Shown: positions 9,395 to 19,858 of the stretch, one piece after another
How the letters are laid out: every line of letters begins with the position of its first letter
Position numbering within the stretch: the stretch's first letter is position 1
Source: an uncultured beta proteobacterium
GTDB lineage: Bacteria > Pseudomonadota > Gammaproteobacteria > Burkholderiales > SG8-39
Direction of reading: 5' to 3'
Assembly (NCBI GenBank): GCA_963762785.1
Contig: CAVXND010000079.1
Coordinates: 11,638 to 75,637, forward strand
Length of the DNA stretch: 64,000 bases
Notes under the pieces: generated by a model
Database searches by the model: none
What the model saw: only the letters and a program-made list of their open reading frames with translations
Told to the model about the DNA's origin: nothing
Program-made: the position numbers and the translations under genes

Positions 9395-10756
9395 CTAGTG
9401 GATCCCGAGCCGCTCCATCCGGTAGCGGAGGGCGCGGAAGGTGATGCCGAGGAGCTTGGCCGCAGCGGTCCGGTTGAAGCGCGTCTTGTCGAGCGCTTCG
9501 AGGATCGCCTCGCGCTCCACCCGGTCGAGGTACTCCTGGAGCGGCCACTTCGCGTTCGGTGCCTGCGGCTCTTCGGCGATGGTCGGCGGAGCGAGCTGCA
9601 GATCGTCGGGGTGGATCTCGTCCGTTCCCGAGAGCGCGATCGCGCGCTCGAGGACGTTTTCGAGCTCGCGGACGTTGCCCGGGAAGTCGTACGCGGCGAG
9701 CGCCGAGAGCGCCGCGGCGGAGAGCCGTCGGCGCCGGGCACCGCTCTCCTCGCCCAGGCGCGCGAGCACCGCGTCGGCGAGGAGCGGGATGTCCTCCCGG
9801 CATTCGCGCAGGCTCGGCAGGCGCAGCTCGATGACGGCGAGCCGGTAGTAGAGATCCTGGCGGAACTTGCCCGCTTCCACCAGCGCGGGGAGCGACCGGT
9901 GGGTCGCGCAGATGATCCTGACGTCGACCGGATCCTCGGTCGTCGCCCCGACCTTGCGGACCCGCTTCTCCTGAATCGCGCGCAGCAGCTTCACCTGCAT
10001 CGGCAGCGGCAGGTCGCCGACCTCGTCGAGAAACAGCGTCCCGCCGTTCGCGGCATGGAAGAAGCCTTCCCGGTCGGATTCGGCGCCGGTGAAGGCCCCC
10101 TTGCGGTAGCCGAAGAACTCGCTTTCCACCAGGTTCTCGGGGATGGCGCCACAGTTCACCGGCACGAAAGGCTTGTCCCGTCGCGCACCGCCCTCGTGGA
10201 TGAGGCGCGCAGCGAGCTCCTTGCCGCTTCCGGATTCGCCGGTGAGATAGAGCGGCGCCTGGCTGCGGGCGAGCTTCTCGATCATCGAGCGCACCTGCTG
10301 CATGGGCGGGCTGTCGCCGAGCAGCCGGTACGCACCGCCGCCCTCGGGCTTCGGCACCGCCTTCTGCGGCAGGTTGAGCGCCGACTTGACGAGCGTGCGC
10401 AGTTGTTCGAGCGAAAGGGGCTTCGACACGTAGTCGAACGCGCCCGCCTTGAGCGCCGCTACTGCGTTCTCGGTGCTGCCGTGCGCCGTGATCACGGCCA
10501 CCGGAAGGTCCGCGCAGTGCGCGCCGATGTAGCGCACCAGCTCGAGGCCGTCGCCGTCCGGCAGGCGCATGTCGGTGAGGCACAGGTCGAAGCTCATGCG
10601 CTCGAGGAAGCCGGTCGCCTCGGCGACCGAGCCGGCGCATTCGACCCCGAGACCCATCCGGATCAGGGTGAGCTCGAGCAGCTCCCGGATGTCGGCCTCG
10701 TCGTCGACCACGAGCACCGTGGTCTTCGCGGCTGCGCGGCGCTCCGGCCGGTTCAT
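9395..10756 (-). CDS. sigma54-dependent response regulator (NtrC family, PilR-like)
   Basis: Last 453 codons of the fused ORF 9395..12547, from ATG 10756 (ATGA overlap with the kinase stop). Domains: REC ([15 protein letters not shown]...[12 protein letters not shown]), AAA+ ([41 protein letters not shown]) and a C-terminal HTH ([27 protein letters not shown]). Confidence 0.85.
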   Translation of the reverse strand: MNRPERRAAAKTTVLVVDDEADIRELLELTLIRMGLGVECAGSVAEATGFLERMSFDLCLTDMRLPDGDGLELVRYIGAHCADLPVAVITAHGSTENAVAALKAGAFDYVSKPLSLEQLRTLVKSALNLPQKAVPKPEGGGAYRLLGDSPPMQQVRSMIEKLARSQAPLYLTGESGSGKELAARLIHEGGARRDKPFVPVNCGAIPENLVESEFFGYRKGAFTGAESDREGFFHAANGGTLFLDEVGDLPLPMQVKLLRAIQEKRVRKVGATTEDPVDVRIICATHRSLPALVEAGKFRQDLYYRLAVIELRLPSLRECREDIPLLADAVLARLGEESGARRRRLSAAALSALAAYDFPGNVRELENVLERAIALSGTDEIHPDDLQLAPPTIAEEPQAPNAKWPLQEYLDRVEREAILEALDKTRFNRTAAAKLLGITFRALRYRMERLGIH

Positions 10757-12382
10757 CCCCGTACCCCCTGCCAAGTGATCCGGAAATCGCCGCCCGCCCC
10801 GCGGTCGACGTAGTCGAGCGCGGCGCCGTTCGCCCCGCACAGCTCGCGGGCGATGTACAGGCCGAGGCCGGTGCCCGCGCTGTAGGTCGTGAAGAACGGC
10901 TCGAACAGCTGGCTCTGCAGGTCCTTCGCCACGCCGGGGCCGTCGTCGATGACGTGCAATTCTAGCCGATTGCCCTGCCGCAGCAGGCGCAGACGGACGC
11001 TTCCCGCGCCCTTCAGCGAGTGGCGCCACCCGTTCCGGACGAGGTTCCACAGCACCTGGTGCAGGTGGACGCGGTCGAACTCGACGACGCCGTCGCCGTC
11101 GATCTCGAGCACGAAGCCCTCGCGGGCGACCTGCTCGTTCTGCGCGAACTCGTCCAGGAACGTGTCGAGGAAGGGCGTGAGCCGGATGCGCCTCGGGCTG
11201 CACGCGGTCGCGCCGGTTGAGCTCGAGCACGTCCTTCACCATCCGGTCGAGCCGGCCCGCGTTGTCGCGGATGATCCGGATCAGGCGCTCGCGCGCGGGC
11301 TGCCGGTTTTCCTCGCTCATCAGCTCGGACGCGTGGGTGATCGCCGCCAGCGGGTTGCGGATCTCGTGCGCGATGTTGGCGGTGAGCCGGCCGAGGGCGG
11401 CGAGTTTCAGCTGGCGCGCCTGGTCTTCCAGCTTGGAGATGTCCTCGAGGTAGATCACCGTGAAGCTGTCGTTCCCGACGCCGGCGTCGACGAACCGCGC
11501 GCGCACCACCGTGCCGGTTTCGGGAAGGGTCAGCACCGGTGTCGCCCGCCCGGAGCCCGTGCGCCAATCCGCGAGCGCCTGGGCGAGCTCGACCGAGAAC
11601 GCCTCGATCTGATCGAGCTCGGGCGCCGGCCGCCCGAGCAGCTGCGAGACCCGCGGGTTGTGGCTGCGCACGAGGCCGTTCGAATCCACGACGAGCACGC
11701 CGTCCTGCACGTCCTGGATGACGCGCTGGTTGATCCGGAGCTGATTGGCGAGATCGAGGCCGCGCTGCCGGGCGACGCGCTCGTTGGTGATGACCCGCTG
11801 CGCGAGCTGGTTGGTGACGAGCGCGGTGGCGAAGTAGCCGATCGAGATCATCGCCGGTGGCAGGAAGCCCCCGACGCTCTCGCCGAAAGCGACGACCTCG
11901 ACCGCCTGCTCGACCAGCACCGCGATGGTCGCGAGCGCCGCGTAGAACAGCAGCAGCCGGCCGCGGCTCACGAGCGACGCCGCGGCGATCGAGATCAGCA
12001 GCATCACCGCGAGGCCGCTGCGGAACCCGCCGCTCGCGAACATGAGCAGAACCGTCGCGGCGATGTCGGTGCAGATGTGGGTGGTGAGGTGGGTATCGAA
12101 GCTCCGGGGCGCCCGCTTGAGCGCCACCTGGAACGCGACCGCGGCCGCGAGATACGCCGCGGCGGCGGCCGTGAAGAGCCGCAGGTCGTGGCTGCCGAGG
12201 TTCAGGGCGTCGCCGTAGACGAGCGCCGAGGCGAGGAACAGCGCCGCGATCGCGATCCGGTAGGCGTTGAAGTAGCGAAGCGAGACCCAGAACGAGTCGG
12301 GAACCGCCTGCGGCTCGCGCGGCTCCACCTGCAGGGGATGCGCGCGAAGCGCCGCGAGTTCGGGTGCGGTGGGCTTGTTCAA
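10753..12382 (-). CDS. Sensor histidine kinase, PilS-like (polytopic N-domain, PAS-like, HisKA, HATPase); one apparent +1 shift near 11190
   Basis: A multi-TM N-terminus (YRIAIAALFLASALVYG...) is followed by the H-box LAALGRLTANIAHEIRNPLAAI. After ...NRRDRVQPEA|IRLTPFLDTFLDEF... it continues in ORF 10753..11112 with HQVLWNLVRNGWRH, VIDDGPGV and FEPFFTTYSAGTGLGLYIAREL. The start is tentatively TTG 12382 (TTGA overlap with the upstream stop). Confidence 0.75.
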
Positions 12383-12597
12383 GCGCTGAACAGCCGGCGG
12401 TGCTCGTCGGAGCAGAAGTACCTGCCCCTCGCTTCGACCGCCTCGGAGACCGGCAGGTGCACGCCGCACTGGCTGCAGTCCACCATGCGCTCGCCATCGG
12501 CGGGCGGTTTCCGAGTTGCCTCGCCGTCGCGCCGGAACCCTCGCCACAGGAAGTAAGCGACGAGTCCGACGAGGACGAGGATCAGCAGTTTGCCCAT
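12379..12597 (-). CDS. Small membrane-anchored zinc-ribbon (MYND-like) protein, first gene of the kinase/regulator operon
   Basis: ORF 12379..12597 has the TM helix LLILVLVGLVAYFLW, then CSQCGVHLP...YFCSDEH. From memory, this type of small protein commonly precedes PilS/PilR-like pairs in beta/gammaproteobacteria. Confidence 0.6.
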   Translation of the reverse strand: MGKLLILVLVGLVAYFLWRGFRRDGEATRKPPADGERMVDCSQCGVHLPVSEAVEARGRYFCSDEHRRLFSA

Positions 12598-12726
12598 GAC
12601 GAGGGTAGGCGGCGAGCCGCGACGATTATAGGGTCGCCGTGACGCTGCGGTTGGCGCGTTCGTGCCCGAAACGTGAAGAGTCGCGCACCGACACTACCGG
12701 ACGGCGGGGCGACGGAGGGGGAAGGA

Positions 12727-12803
12727 TGGTCGGGGTGACTGGATTCGAACCAGCGACACCTGCGTCCCGAACGCAGTACTCTACCAGGCTGAGCTACACC
12801 CCG
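12727..12803 (-). tRNA. tRNA-Pro (anticodon CGG)
   Basis: The reverse complement reads CGGGGTG-TA-GCTC-AGCCTGGTA-GAGT-A-CTGCG-TTCGGGA-CGCAG-GTGTC-GCTGG-TTCGAAT-CCAGT-CACCCCG-ACCA. This is a full cloverleaf with a 7-bp acceptor stem, anticodon loop UUCGGGA and encoded CCA. Confidence 0.93.
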
Positions 12804-12837
12804 AGTCGCGGGAAGACGGCGGCGGCGCCGGCTGGAA

Positions 12838-13814
12838 TCAGTAGTTGCGCTCCACCGCGAAGGCCGCCAAGTGTAGCAGACCTTGCTTGTAGGCTGAATC
12901 GCCGGCGGCGGCGAGCGCGTCGCAGGCCGCTGCGGCCTCTGCCCGCGCCTGCGTGCGCGCGACCTCGAGCGCGCCGCTTGCGTGGATCGCGTCGAGGACC
13001 GCGGCGAACGCGTCCCGCCCGCCGTCCTCGATCGCCCGCCGGACGGTCGCGATCTGCGCCGGGGTGCCGCGGCGCATGACGTGAATGAGCGGCAGGGTCG
13101 GTTTTCCCTCGTTCAGATCGTCACCGATGTTCTTCCCGGTCTCGTGCAGGTCGCCGGAGTAGTCGAGCACGTCGTCGACGAGCTGGAACGCGGTCCCGAG
13201 ATGGCGGCCATAGGCGGCAAAGCCGTCCTCGACCGCGGGCGACGCACTCGCCGAGGATCGCGCCGAGCCGCGCCGAGGCCTCGAAGAGCTTCGCGGTCTT
13301 GCGGCGGACCACCTCCAGGTACTCCGTCTTCGCCGACGTCGGCGTTGTGGACGTTCAGGAGCTGCATCACCTCGCCCTCGGCGATGGTGTTGGTCGCTTC
13401 GGCGAGCACCTCCATCACGCGCATGCTTCGCACGGCCACCATCATCTGGAAGGCACGCGAGTACAGGAAATCGCCCACCAGCACCGAGGCCGCGTTGCCG
13501 AACGCCGCATTCGCGGTCCGGCGGCCGCGGCGGAGCTCCGATTCGTCGACGACGTCGTCGTGCAGCAGCGTGGCGGTGTGGATGAACTCCACCACCGCGG
13601 CGAGCTCGTGGTGATGCGGCCCGCGATACCCGCACGCGCCCGCCGCAAGCAGCACGAGCACCGGGCGCAGCCGCTTGCCGCCGCTGGCGATGATGTACTC
13701 GGCGACCTGCCGCACCAGGACGACGTCGGAGTCGAGCCGGCGGCGGATCAGGGCGTCCACGGCCGCCATGTCGTCGGCGACGAGGGCGCGGATCGGGTCG
13801 AGCGAGGCGGACAA
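12838..13814 (-). CDS. ispB: Octaprenyl-diphosphate synthase; two apparent +1 shifts (near 13325, 13245)
   Basis: Three frames join: LDPIRALVADDMAAVDALIRRRL...GGKRLRPVLVLL...ATLLHDDVVDESELRRGRRTANAAFGN | EYLEVVRRKTAKLFEASARLGAILGE | SPAVEDGFAAYGRHLGTAFQLVDDVLDY...GKPTLPLIHVM. Both DDxxD motifs are present. The start TTG 13814 is tentative; 325 codons after correction. Confidence 0.8.
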
Positions 13815-13866
13815 GCGGGGCGGGCGGGTCCAAGGAGGGGCCCGGACAGGGTAGCACAAGCGGTCT

Positions 13867-13896
13867 TTGACTCGACCGCGAAGCGATCGGTATAAT
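13867..13896 (+). promoter_or_regulatory. sigma70-type promoter of rplU-rpmA
   Basis: TTGACT (13867-13872), 18 nt, TATAAT (13891-13896), 45 nt upstream of the rplU ATG. Confidence 0.55.
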
Positions 13897-13940
13897 GCTG
13901 AGTTTCCTGGGGATTTACCCTGCCATGGGCGGTGCGCATC

Positions 13941-14252
13941 ATGTACGCGGTTATCAGGACCGGCGGTAAGCAGTACCGGGTATCGGCCGGCGACAAGCTC
14001 AAGGTCGAGAAGCTCGCGGCCGAGGTCGGCGCCGAGGTCGTCCTCGACGAGGTGCTCGCGATCGGCGAGGGTGAAACGGTGAAGTTCGGCGGCCCGCTCC
14101 TCGCCGGGGCGGCGGTGAAGGCGACCGTCGTCGCTCACGGCAAGCACGACAAGGTCTCGATCTTCAAGCTGCGCCGCCGCAAGCACTATAAGAAGTCGCA
14201 GGGGCATCGCCAGCAGTACACCGAGATCGCCATCACCGGCATCTCCGGCTGA
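13941..14252 (+). CDS. rplU: 50S ribosomal protein L21
   Basis: ORF 13932..14252. The canonical N-terminus [14 protein letters not shown] starts at ATG 13941. Confidence 0.92.
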   Translation: MYAVIRTGGKQYRVSAGDKLKVEKLAAEVGAEVVLDEVLAIGEGETVKFGGPLLAGAAVKATVVAHGKHDKVSIFKLRRRKHYKKSQGHRQQYTEIAITGISG

Positions 14253-14275
14253 TCGCCGACCGAACGGAGCGTCAA

Positions 14276-14536
14276 ATGGCACACAAGAAAGCAGGCGGAA
14301 GCTCGCGGAACGGCCGCGACTCCCAATCCAAACGGCTCGGCGTGAAGCGCTACGGCGGCGAGGTGGTCCCGGCCGGGAGCATCATCGTGCGGCAGCGCGG
14401 CACCAAGATCCACGCCGGCCCGAACGTCGGCATGGGGCGCGATCACACGCTGTTCGCGAAGGTCGCGGGCCGGATCGAGTTCGGCGCCAAGGGCCCGGAC
14501 TCGAAGCAGGTCGTGAGCGTGATCCCGGCACCGTAG
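14276..14536 (+). CDS. rpmA: 50S ribosomal protein L27
   Basis: ORF 14276..14536: [28 protein letters not shown]... Confidence 0.93.
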   Translation: MAHKKAGGSSRNGRDSQSKRLGVKRYGGEVVPAGSIIVRQRGTKIHAGPNVGMGRDHTLFAKVAGRIEFGAKGPDSKQVVSVIPAP

Positions 14537-14554
14537 ACTGGCTTCCCCACAACG

Positions 14555-14586
14555 AAGCCCTATCCTTGCGATAGGGCTTTTTTGTT
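14555..14586 (+). terminator. Rho-independent terminator/attenuator between rpmA and obg
   Basis: AAGCCCTATC-cttgc-GATAGGGCTT (10-bp perfect stem) followed by TTTTGTT. Confidence 0.7.
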
Positions 14587-14602
14587 GGTGCCCTCCGCAA
14601 GC

Positions 14603-15616
14603 ATGAAGTTCGTCGACGAAGCCCGCATCTCCGTCCACGCCGGCAAGGGCGGGGACGGGGCGGTCAGCTTTCGCCGCGAGAAGTACGTGCCCCGCGGCGG
14701 GCCGGACGGCGGCGACGGCGGGCGCGGCGGGAGCGTCTACGCCGTCGCCGATCGCAACGTGAATACGCTCATCGACTACCGCTACGCGCGCATCCACCGC
14801 GCGAAGGACGGCGAGAAGGGTCACGGCAAGCAGGCCAACGGCCGGGGCGCGGACGACATACGGTTGCGGATGCCGGTGGGTACCGTCATCACCGATCGCG
14901 AGAGCGGCGCCCTGGTCGCGGACCTCGCCGCGCACGGACAGGTCGCGGTGCTCGCACAGGGCGGCCGCGGCGGCCTCGGCAACGTCAACTTCAAGTCGAG
15001 CGTGAATCGCGCGCCGCGCCGGGCGACCCCGGGCAAGCCCGGCGAAAGCCGCGAGCTCGCCCTCGAGCTCAAGGTGCTCGCCGACGTCGGCCTGCTGGGG
15101 CTGCCGAACGCCGGCAAGTCCACGTTGATCCGCGCCGTCTCGAGCGCGCGGCCGAAGGTCGCCGACTATCCGTTCACGACGCTCCACCCCAGCCTCGGCG
15201 TCGTGCGCGTCGACATGAACCGGAGCTTCGTCGTCGCCGACATCCCGGGACTGATCGCCGGCGCCGCGGAGGGCGCGGGCCTCGGGCACCAGTTCCTGCG
15301 CCACCTGGCGCGCACCCGGCTGCTGCTCCATGTCGTCGACATCGCGCCGTTCGACCCGGCCGCCGATCCGGTTCGCGACGCGCGGGCGATCGTCGCCGAG
15401 CTGCGGAAGTACGACGAGCGCCTGTACCGCAAGCCGCGCTGGCTGGTGCTCAACAAGGCCGACCTGCTCCCGCCGCCCGAGCGCGATCGCGCGGCAGACG
15501 AACTCGTGCGCCGGCTGCGCTGGAAGGGGCCGCGGTTCGTCGTGTCCGCCCTCACCGGCGAAGGCTGCCGCGAGCTCTGCTACGCGGTGATGAACGAGCT
15601 GGAGCGCAAGTCGTGA
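14603..15616 (+). CDS. obg: GTPase Obg/CgtA
   Basis: ORF 14582..15616. MKFVDEA... begins at ATG 14603. Features: a Gly-rich Obg fold ([19 protein letters not shown]), G1 [10 protein letters not shown]3 DIPGLI and G4 NKAD. Confidence 0.9.
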   Translation: MKFVDEARISVHAGKGGDGAVSFRREKYVPRGGPDGGDGGRGGSVYAVADRNVNTLIDYRYARIHRAKDGEKGHGKQANGRGADDIRLRMPVGTVITDRESGALVADLAAHGQVAVLAQGGRGGLGNVNFKSSVNRAPRRATPGKPGESRELALELKVLADVGLLGLPNAGKSTLIRAVSSARPKVADYPFTTLHPSLGVVRVDMNRSFVVADIPGLIAGAAEGAGLGHQFLRHLARTRLLLHVVDIAPFDPAADPVRDARAIVAELRKYDERLYRKPRWLVLNKADLLPPPERDRAADELVRRLRWKGPRFVVSALTGEGCRELCYAVMNELERKS

Positions 15617-16732
15617 ACGACCGTGTGCGCGACGCGAAGCGACTCGTCGTCAAGGTCGGAAGCTCGCTCGTCACCAACCAGGGCGAGGGCCTCGACCTCG
15701 CGGCGATGGGAAACTGGGCGCACCAGATCGCGCAGCTCCGGGCCGCCGGGAAGGAGGTGGTGCTCGTCTCGAGCGGCGCGATCGCGGCCGGCATGCAGCG
15801 GCTCGGCTGGAAGAAGCGGCCGCACGCGATGCACGAGCTGCAGGCCGCGGCCGCAGTCGGCCAGATGGGGCTCGCCGAGGCCTACGAAGGCTGCTTCCGG
15901 AAGCACTCGATCCGCACCGCCCAGGTCCTGCTGACGCATGCCGACCTCGCCGACCGGAGCCGGTACCTGAACGCGCGGTCGACGCTGCGCACGCTGATCG
16001 CGCTCGGCGTCGTCCCGGTGATCAACGAGAACGACACCGTCGTGACCGACGAGATCCGCGTCGGCGACAACGACACGCTCGGCGCCCTCGTCGCGAACCT
16101 CATCGAAGCCGAAGTCCTGGTGATCCTCACGGACACGGCGGGTCTCTTCACCGCCGACCCGCGGCGGGACCCTGCGGCGACCCTCGTTCGCGAGCGCGCG
16201 CGCCGGTGAGCTCGCGCTCGAGGACATGGCCGGAGGCACGGGCAGCGCGCTCGCTCGCGGCGGCATGCTGACGAAGGTCCTGGCGGCGAAACGCGCGGCG
16301 CGGAGCGGCGCGCATACGGTGATCGCGTCCGGCCAGGAGCCCGACGTCCTCCTCCGGCTCGCCGCGGGCGAGGCGATCGGCACGCTGCTCTACGCGGACA
16401 CCGCGCCGCTCGCCGCGCGCAAGCAATGGCTCGCGGATCACGTGCAGGTGGGCGGACGCGTGGTGCTGGACGCAGGCGCCGTCCGCGCGCTCGCCACCGG
16501 CGGGAAGAGCCTGCTGCCGATCGGCGTGAAGCGCGTGGAAGGCGAATTCGAGCGCGGTGCCGTCGTCGCCTGCGTGGCCCCGGACGGCCGGGAGGTGGCC
16601 CGTGGGCTGGTCAACTACAGCGCAGCGGAGTCGCGCCGCATCCTCGGGCGCCCGTCAAGCGAGATCGAGAGCGCCCTCGGCTACGTGGACGAGCCCGAGC
16701 TCATCCACCGCGACAACCTCGTGCTGCTCTGA
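15613..16732 (+). CDS. proB: Glutamate 5-kinase; one apparent +1 shift near 16195
   Basis: GTG 15613 overlaps the obg stop (GTGA). ...[11 protein letters not shown]..., VSSGAIAAG and VINENDTVV are present. ...PAATLVRE|[34 protein letters not shown] joins ORF 16226..16732, which holds the PUA domain. 373 codons after correction. Confidence 0.88.
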
Positions 16733-16738
16733 CCCGCC

Positions 16739-17292
16739 TCACTCGGCGAACGAACCTTCCGGCCGGGCATTCGGATGCCGGCCGAAGCGCAGCGCGTCGA
16801 CACCCTCGCGCGGCGTGTTGATGGTGTGCTTCCCGGGGCAGAAGAAGTTCCAGTAGAGCTCCTTGCGAAACATCTGCGTGGTGCAGCTCGCTGACCGGTT
16901 CCCAGCCCGCGCCCTTGACCATCGCCCACGCGCCGTCGCGGTTGGCGCGCGCGTACATCTTGTGCTCCCGCGTGATGCAGCGGAATCCCTCGTAGCTGAC
17001 GTTCTCCGCCGCGCCGGTCTTGGCAACGACGGTGAACCGAACGATGCCCTCGCCCGGCAACGAGATCGAGCGTCGGATCGACGAAGTACTCGAACGACGT
17101 CCGCGGATAGACGTCGAACCGGATCAGGACCTGCTCCTTCGGGAACGGCGGGAGCTTCACCTCCGGCTCGACCTTCGCCTTCTGGGGCGCGGCGGGGTCG
17201 TCGATCTCCTCGGCGGTCACCAGCGGCGCCGGGCCCGAGCAGGCGCCGACCGCGATCGCGGCCGCGAGCACGAGCCCGGCGAGATGCTTCAC
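16739..17292 (-). CDS. Periplasmic lipoprotein, CNP1-like family (assignment from memory); two apparent +1 shifts (near 17070, 16881)
   Basis: Lipobox signal MKHLAGLVLAAAIAVGAC. The frames join as ...FEYFVDPT|SISLPGEGIVRFTVVAKTGAAENVSYEGFRCITREHKMYARANRDGAWAMVKGAGWEPVSELH|TQMFRKELYWNFFCPG... Confidence 0.55.
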
Positions 17293-17882
17293 GCGAGGTC
17301 CGCGACCAGCGCGTCCCGCACGTTGCGCGGGACCGCCGGGATCTCGGCGTGGTACTCGGGATGGTCGACGCCGATCGCGAGGTCGCCGCCGCGCTTGAGC
17401 GCCTGCGCCATCGGCTCCGCGAGCTCGAAGCGCAGGAAGTGCACCGCGGAGGTCTTCTCCTCGTTCTCGCGCTCGAGGTCCTCGTCGGCCACGGCGTAGA
17501 CGCGCTCGCAGCCCTCGACGCGGATCCAGACCCGGTCCTCGATGCCCTTCAGCCGCGCCAGCATGCGCTTGCGCTCCGCCGGATCCGGGTACTCGATCAT
17601 CATCGTCGCCTTGAAGTTGCGCCCGTCGGGAACCAGGGGATTGTAGGCCTCGAGCTCGCTGCGGATGCCGTCCTCCTCGAAGACCCGCTCGATCCGCAGC
17701 ATCTCCTGGATCTGGTAGCGGATGGTCAGCTCGTCCTCGAAGGCAAGGGCGACGTGGGCGCCGAGCTCGACCTTGCGGTTCTTCTTGTGCGCGATCACGC
17801 GCGCGCGGAAGTCGTTGCGCTGCCGCGCGTAGGCCTCGAGCGAGAGCAGGCTCCCGCGCTCGATCTTGGCCCTGCCCGTCAT
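17289..17882 (-). CDS. DUF3501-family protein
   Basis: ATG 17882 (ATGA overlap with the upstream stop) lies inside ORF 17289..18494: MTGRAKIERGSLLSLEAYARQRNDFRARVIAHKKNRKVELG... I recognise this as the family that co-occurs with rubrerythrin and CCG-domain Fe-S proteins. Confidence 0.6.
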   Translation of the reverse strand: MTGRAKIERGSLLSLEAYARQRNDFRARVIAHKKNRKVELGAHVALAFEDELTIRYQIQEMLRIERVFEEDGIRSELEAYNPLVPDGRNFKATMMIEYPDPAERKRMLARLKGIEDRVWIRVEGCERVYAVADEDLERENEEKTSAVHFLRFELAEPMAQALKRGGDLAIGVDHPEYHAEIPAVPRNVRDALVADLA

Positions 17883-19216
17883 GACCGGCCCGCCAGCCCG
17901 TAGGCGATGCGCAGCAGCGCGAGCGGGTGCTCCCGGCGCGCGCGCGTCTCGCCCATGCCCTGCTCGATGTGCCGGCCGGCGATCGGACAGTCGGAGCTGA
18001 TGTAGTCGGGATCGGTGCCGGCCATCGCCCTGAACACCGGTCTCCCGATCTTCATCGCGTTCGCGAAATACTCGGTCTTGACGCCCCACGTGCCGTCGTG
18101 TCCCGAACAGCGCTCGACCGTGTTGACCTGCGTGCCCGGCACCAGCTCGAGCAGCTCGCGCGTCTTCTGGCCGACGTTCTGCACCCGGGCGTGGCAGGGA
18201 ATGTGGTACGACACCTTGCCGAGCGGCTGCTTGAAGTCCTTCTTGAGCAGCCCGTCGCGGTTCCTGAGCACGAAGTACTCGAACGGATCGAACATCGCCT
18301 CGGCCACCGCCTTCACGTCCGCGTCGTCGGGGAACAGCAGCGGCAGCTCCGACTTGAACATCAGCGTGCAGGACGGCATCGCGGTCAGGATCGCGTAGCC
18401 GTCGCGCGCGAGCTTGACGAGCGGCGGGATGTTGACGTTCTTCAGACGCGCCACCGCATCGAGATCGCCGAGCTCGAGCTTCGGCATCCCGCAACAGGCC
18501 TCCTTCTCGACGAGGACGTACGGAATCTCGTTGTGGTCGAGCACGGCGAGCAGGTCGTCGCCGATCCCCGGCTCGTTGTAGTTCACGTAACAGGTGGCGT
18601 AGACCGCGACCTTGCCGGGCGTGCGCTCGCCGTCACGGACGTCGTGCCGCTTGGCCGGCGCGGCGTGGCCGCGGAACCTGCCCGGGCTGTACGGTGGCAG
18701 CTTCCGCTCGTGGTGAACGCCGAGCACCTTCTCGAGCGCCGAGCGCGCGGGACCGTTCGCGTTCAGGGCATTCACCGTCTGCGCGACGACCGGGATCGCG
18801 GCGAGCTTGCCGAGCGCGTCGGTGCTGGACAGGAGCTTGTCGCGGAAGCGGACCTCGCCGTTCCGGAACTTGACCGCCTTGGCGCGCAGCATCAGGTGCG
18901 GGAAGTCGACGTTCCACTCGTGCGGCGGAACGTAGGGGCACTTCGTCATGTAGCAGAGGTCGCACAGGTAGCACTGGTCGACGACCTTGGTGTAATCCTT
19001 CGTGTCGACGCCGTCCAGCTCGCCGGTCTTGCCTTCGTCCACGAGATCGAACAGCGTCGGGAAGGCGGTGCACAGGCTGACGCAGCGGCGGCAGCCGTGG
19101 CAGATGTCGAAGACGCGGTGCAGCTCGCGGTCGAGCTTTTCCGCATCGTAGAAATCGGGCGAGCGCCAGTCGATCGGATGACGCGTCGGGGCTTCGAGGC
19201 TGCCTTCTCTGGCCAT
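17879..19216 (-). CDS. (Fe-S)-binding oxidoreductase, HdrD/GlpC/DsrK-like (2x 4Fe-4S + 2x CCG domains)
   Basis: ORF 17879..19216 has CHGCRRCVSLC and CYLCDLCYMTKCP ferredoxin motifs, then Cys-rich CCG-type motifs (EACCGMP, ERCSGHDG, SSDCP). Confidence 0.75.
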   Translation of the reverse strand: MAREGSLEAPTRHPIDWRSPDFYDAEKLDRELHRVFDICHGCRRCVSLCTAFPTLFDLVDEGKTGELDGVDTKDYTKVVDQCYLCDLCYMTKCPYVPPHEWNVDFPHLMLRAKAVKFRNGEVRFRDKLLSSTDALGKLAAIPVVAQTVNALNANGPARSALEKVLGVHHERKLPPYSPGRFRGHAAPAKRHDVRDGERTPGKVAVYATCYVNYNEPGIGDDLLAVLDHNEIPYVLVEKEACCGMPKLELGDLDAVARLKNVNIPPLVKLARDGYAILTAMPSCTLMFKSELPLLFPDDADVKAVAEAMFDPFEYFVLRNRDGLLKKDFKQPLGKVSYHIPCHARVQNVGQKTRELLELVPGTQVNTVERCSGHDGTWGVKTEYFANAMKIGRPVFRAMAGTDPDYISSDCPIAGRHIEQGMGETRARREHPLALLRIAYGLAGRS

Positions 19217-19298
19217 GATGGATGTAGCCGTATGTACCGGCGCGCGCGCGCGCCAGCGAAAACAACGCGGGTGGAAGCAACGCGATCGGCAGGCAAGC

Positions 19299-19324
19299 GA
19301 GGAGCGGCGGGGACGCCGCTCCTC
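19299..19324 (-). other. Stable intercistronic hairpin between rubrerythrin and the Fe-S gene
   Basis: GAGGAGCGGCG-ggga-CGCCGCTCCTC is a perfect 11-bp stem. It has no adjacent U-run, so it is more likely an RNA stabiliser or partial attenuator than a full terminator. Confidence 0.5.
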
Positions 19325-19346
19325 CCCCGAGCGATCGCGCCGCGCG

Positions 19347-19769
19347 TCAGTCGGCGAGCGAGTCGAGCGCCTTCTGGAAGCGGTTCGCGTGCGAACGCTC
19401 GGCCTTCGCGAGCGTCTCGAACCAGTCGGCGATCTCGTCGAAGCCCTCGGCCCGCGCGTCCTTCGCCATCCCCGGATACATGTCGGTGTACTCGTGGGTC
19501 TCGCCGGCGATCGCCGCCTTCAGGTTCTCGCGCGTGCGGCCGATCGGCAGCCCGGTCGCCGGATCGCCGACCTGCTCGAGGTACTCGAGATGGCCGTGCG
19601 CATGCCCGGTCTCGCCCTCGGCGGTGGAGCGGAAGACGGCGGAGACGTCGTTCTGTCCTTCGACGTCGGCCTTGTTCGCGAAGTACAGATAGCGACGATT
19701 GGCCTGCGACTCGCCGGCGAACGCCGCCTTGAGGTTGCCTTCGGTCTTGGATCCTTTCAGCTGTGCCAT
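19347..19769 (-). CDS. Rubrerythrin-family diiron protein (no rubredoxin domain)
   Basis: ORF 19347..19769 has duplicated ferritin-like motifs [13 protein letters not shown]...[13 protein letters not shown] and [11 protein letters not shown]...AERSHANRF. Confidence 0.8.
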   Translation of the reverse strand: MAQLKGSKTEGNLKAAFAGESQANRRYLYFANKADVEGQNDVSAVFRSTAEGETGHAHGHLEYLEQVGDPATGLPIGRTRENLKAAIAGETHEYTDMYPGMAKDARAEGFDEIADWFETLAKAERSHANRFQKALDSLAD

Positions 19770-19829
19770 GAGCGGCCTCCTTGTTTGCGCCAGAAGTTTG
19801 CGGGGGTCTCGCCCCCTCGCGAGAAGCCG

Positions 19830-19848
19830 ATTTAGACTAGCTCTAAAT
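19830..19848. promoter_or_regulatory. Candidate operator: palindrome ATTTAGA-N5-TCTAAAT
   Basis: A perfect 7+7 inverted repeat in an AT-rich island. It lies at about +4 to +22 relative to the start site predicted from the adjacent promoter. Confidence 0.45.
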
Positions 19849-19858
19849 CGCTCGATCG

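Noticed and set aside
9395-12547. A 1050-aa ORF that looks like a hybrid histidine kinase fused to a sigma54 activator.
   Set aside because: It is an artefact of one +1 indel near 11190. The kinase ATP-binding domain is in another frame and ends at 10753 with an ATGA overlap onto the regulator start.
12727-12803. tRNA-Pro as a possible integration site for a genomic island.
   Set aside because: There is no integrase, no direct repeat of the tRNA 3' end, and no compositional break. Both flanks are conserved housekeeping genes (ispB and the kinase operon).
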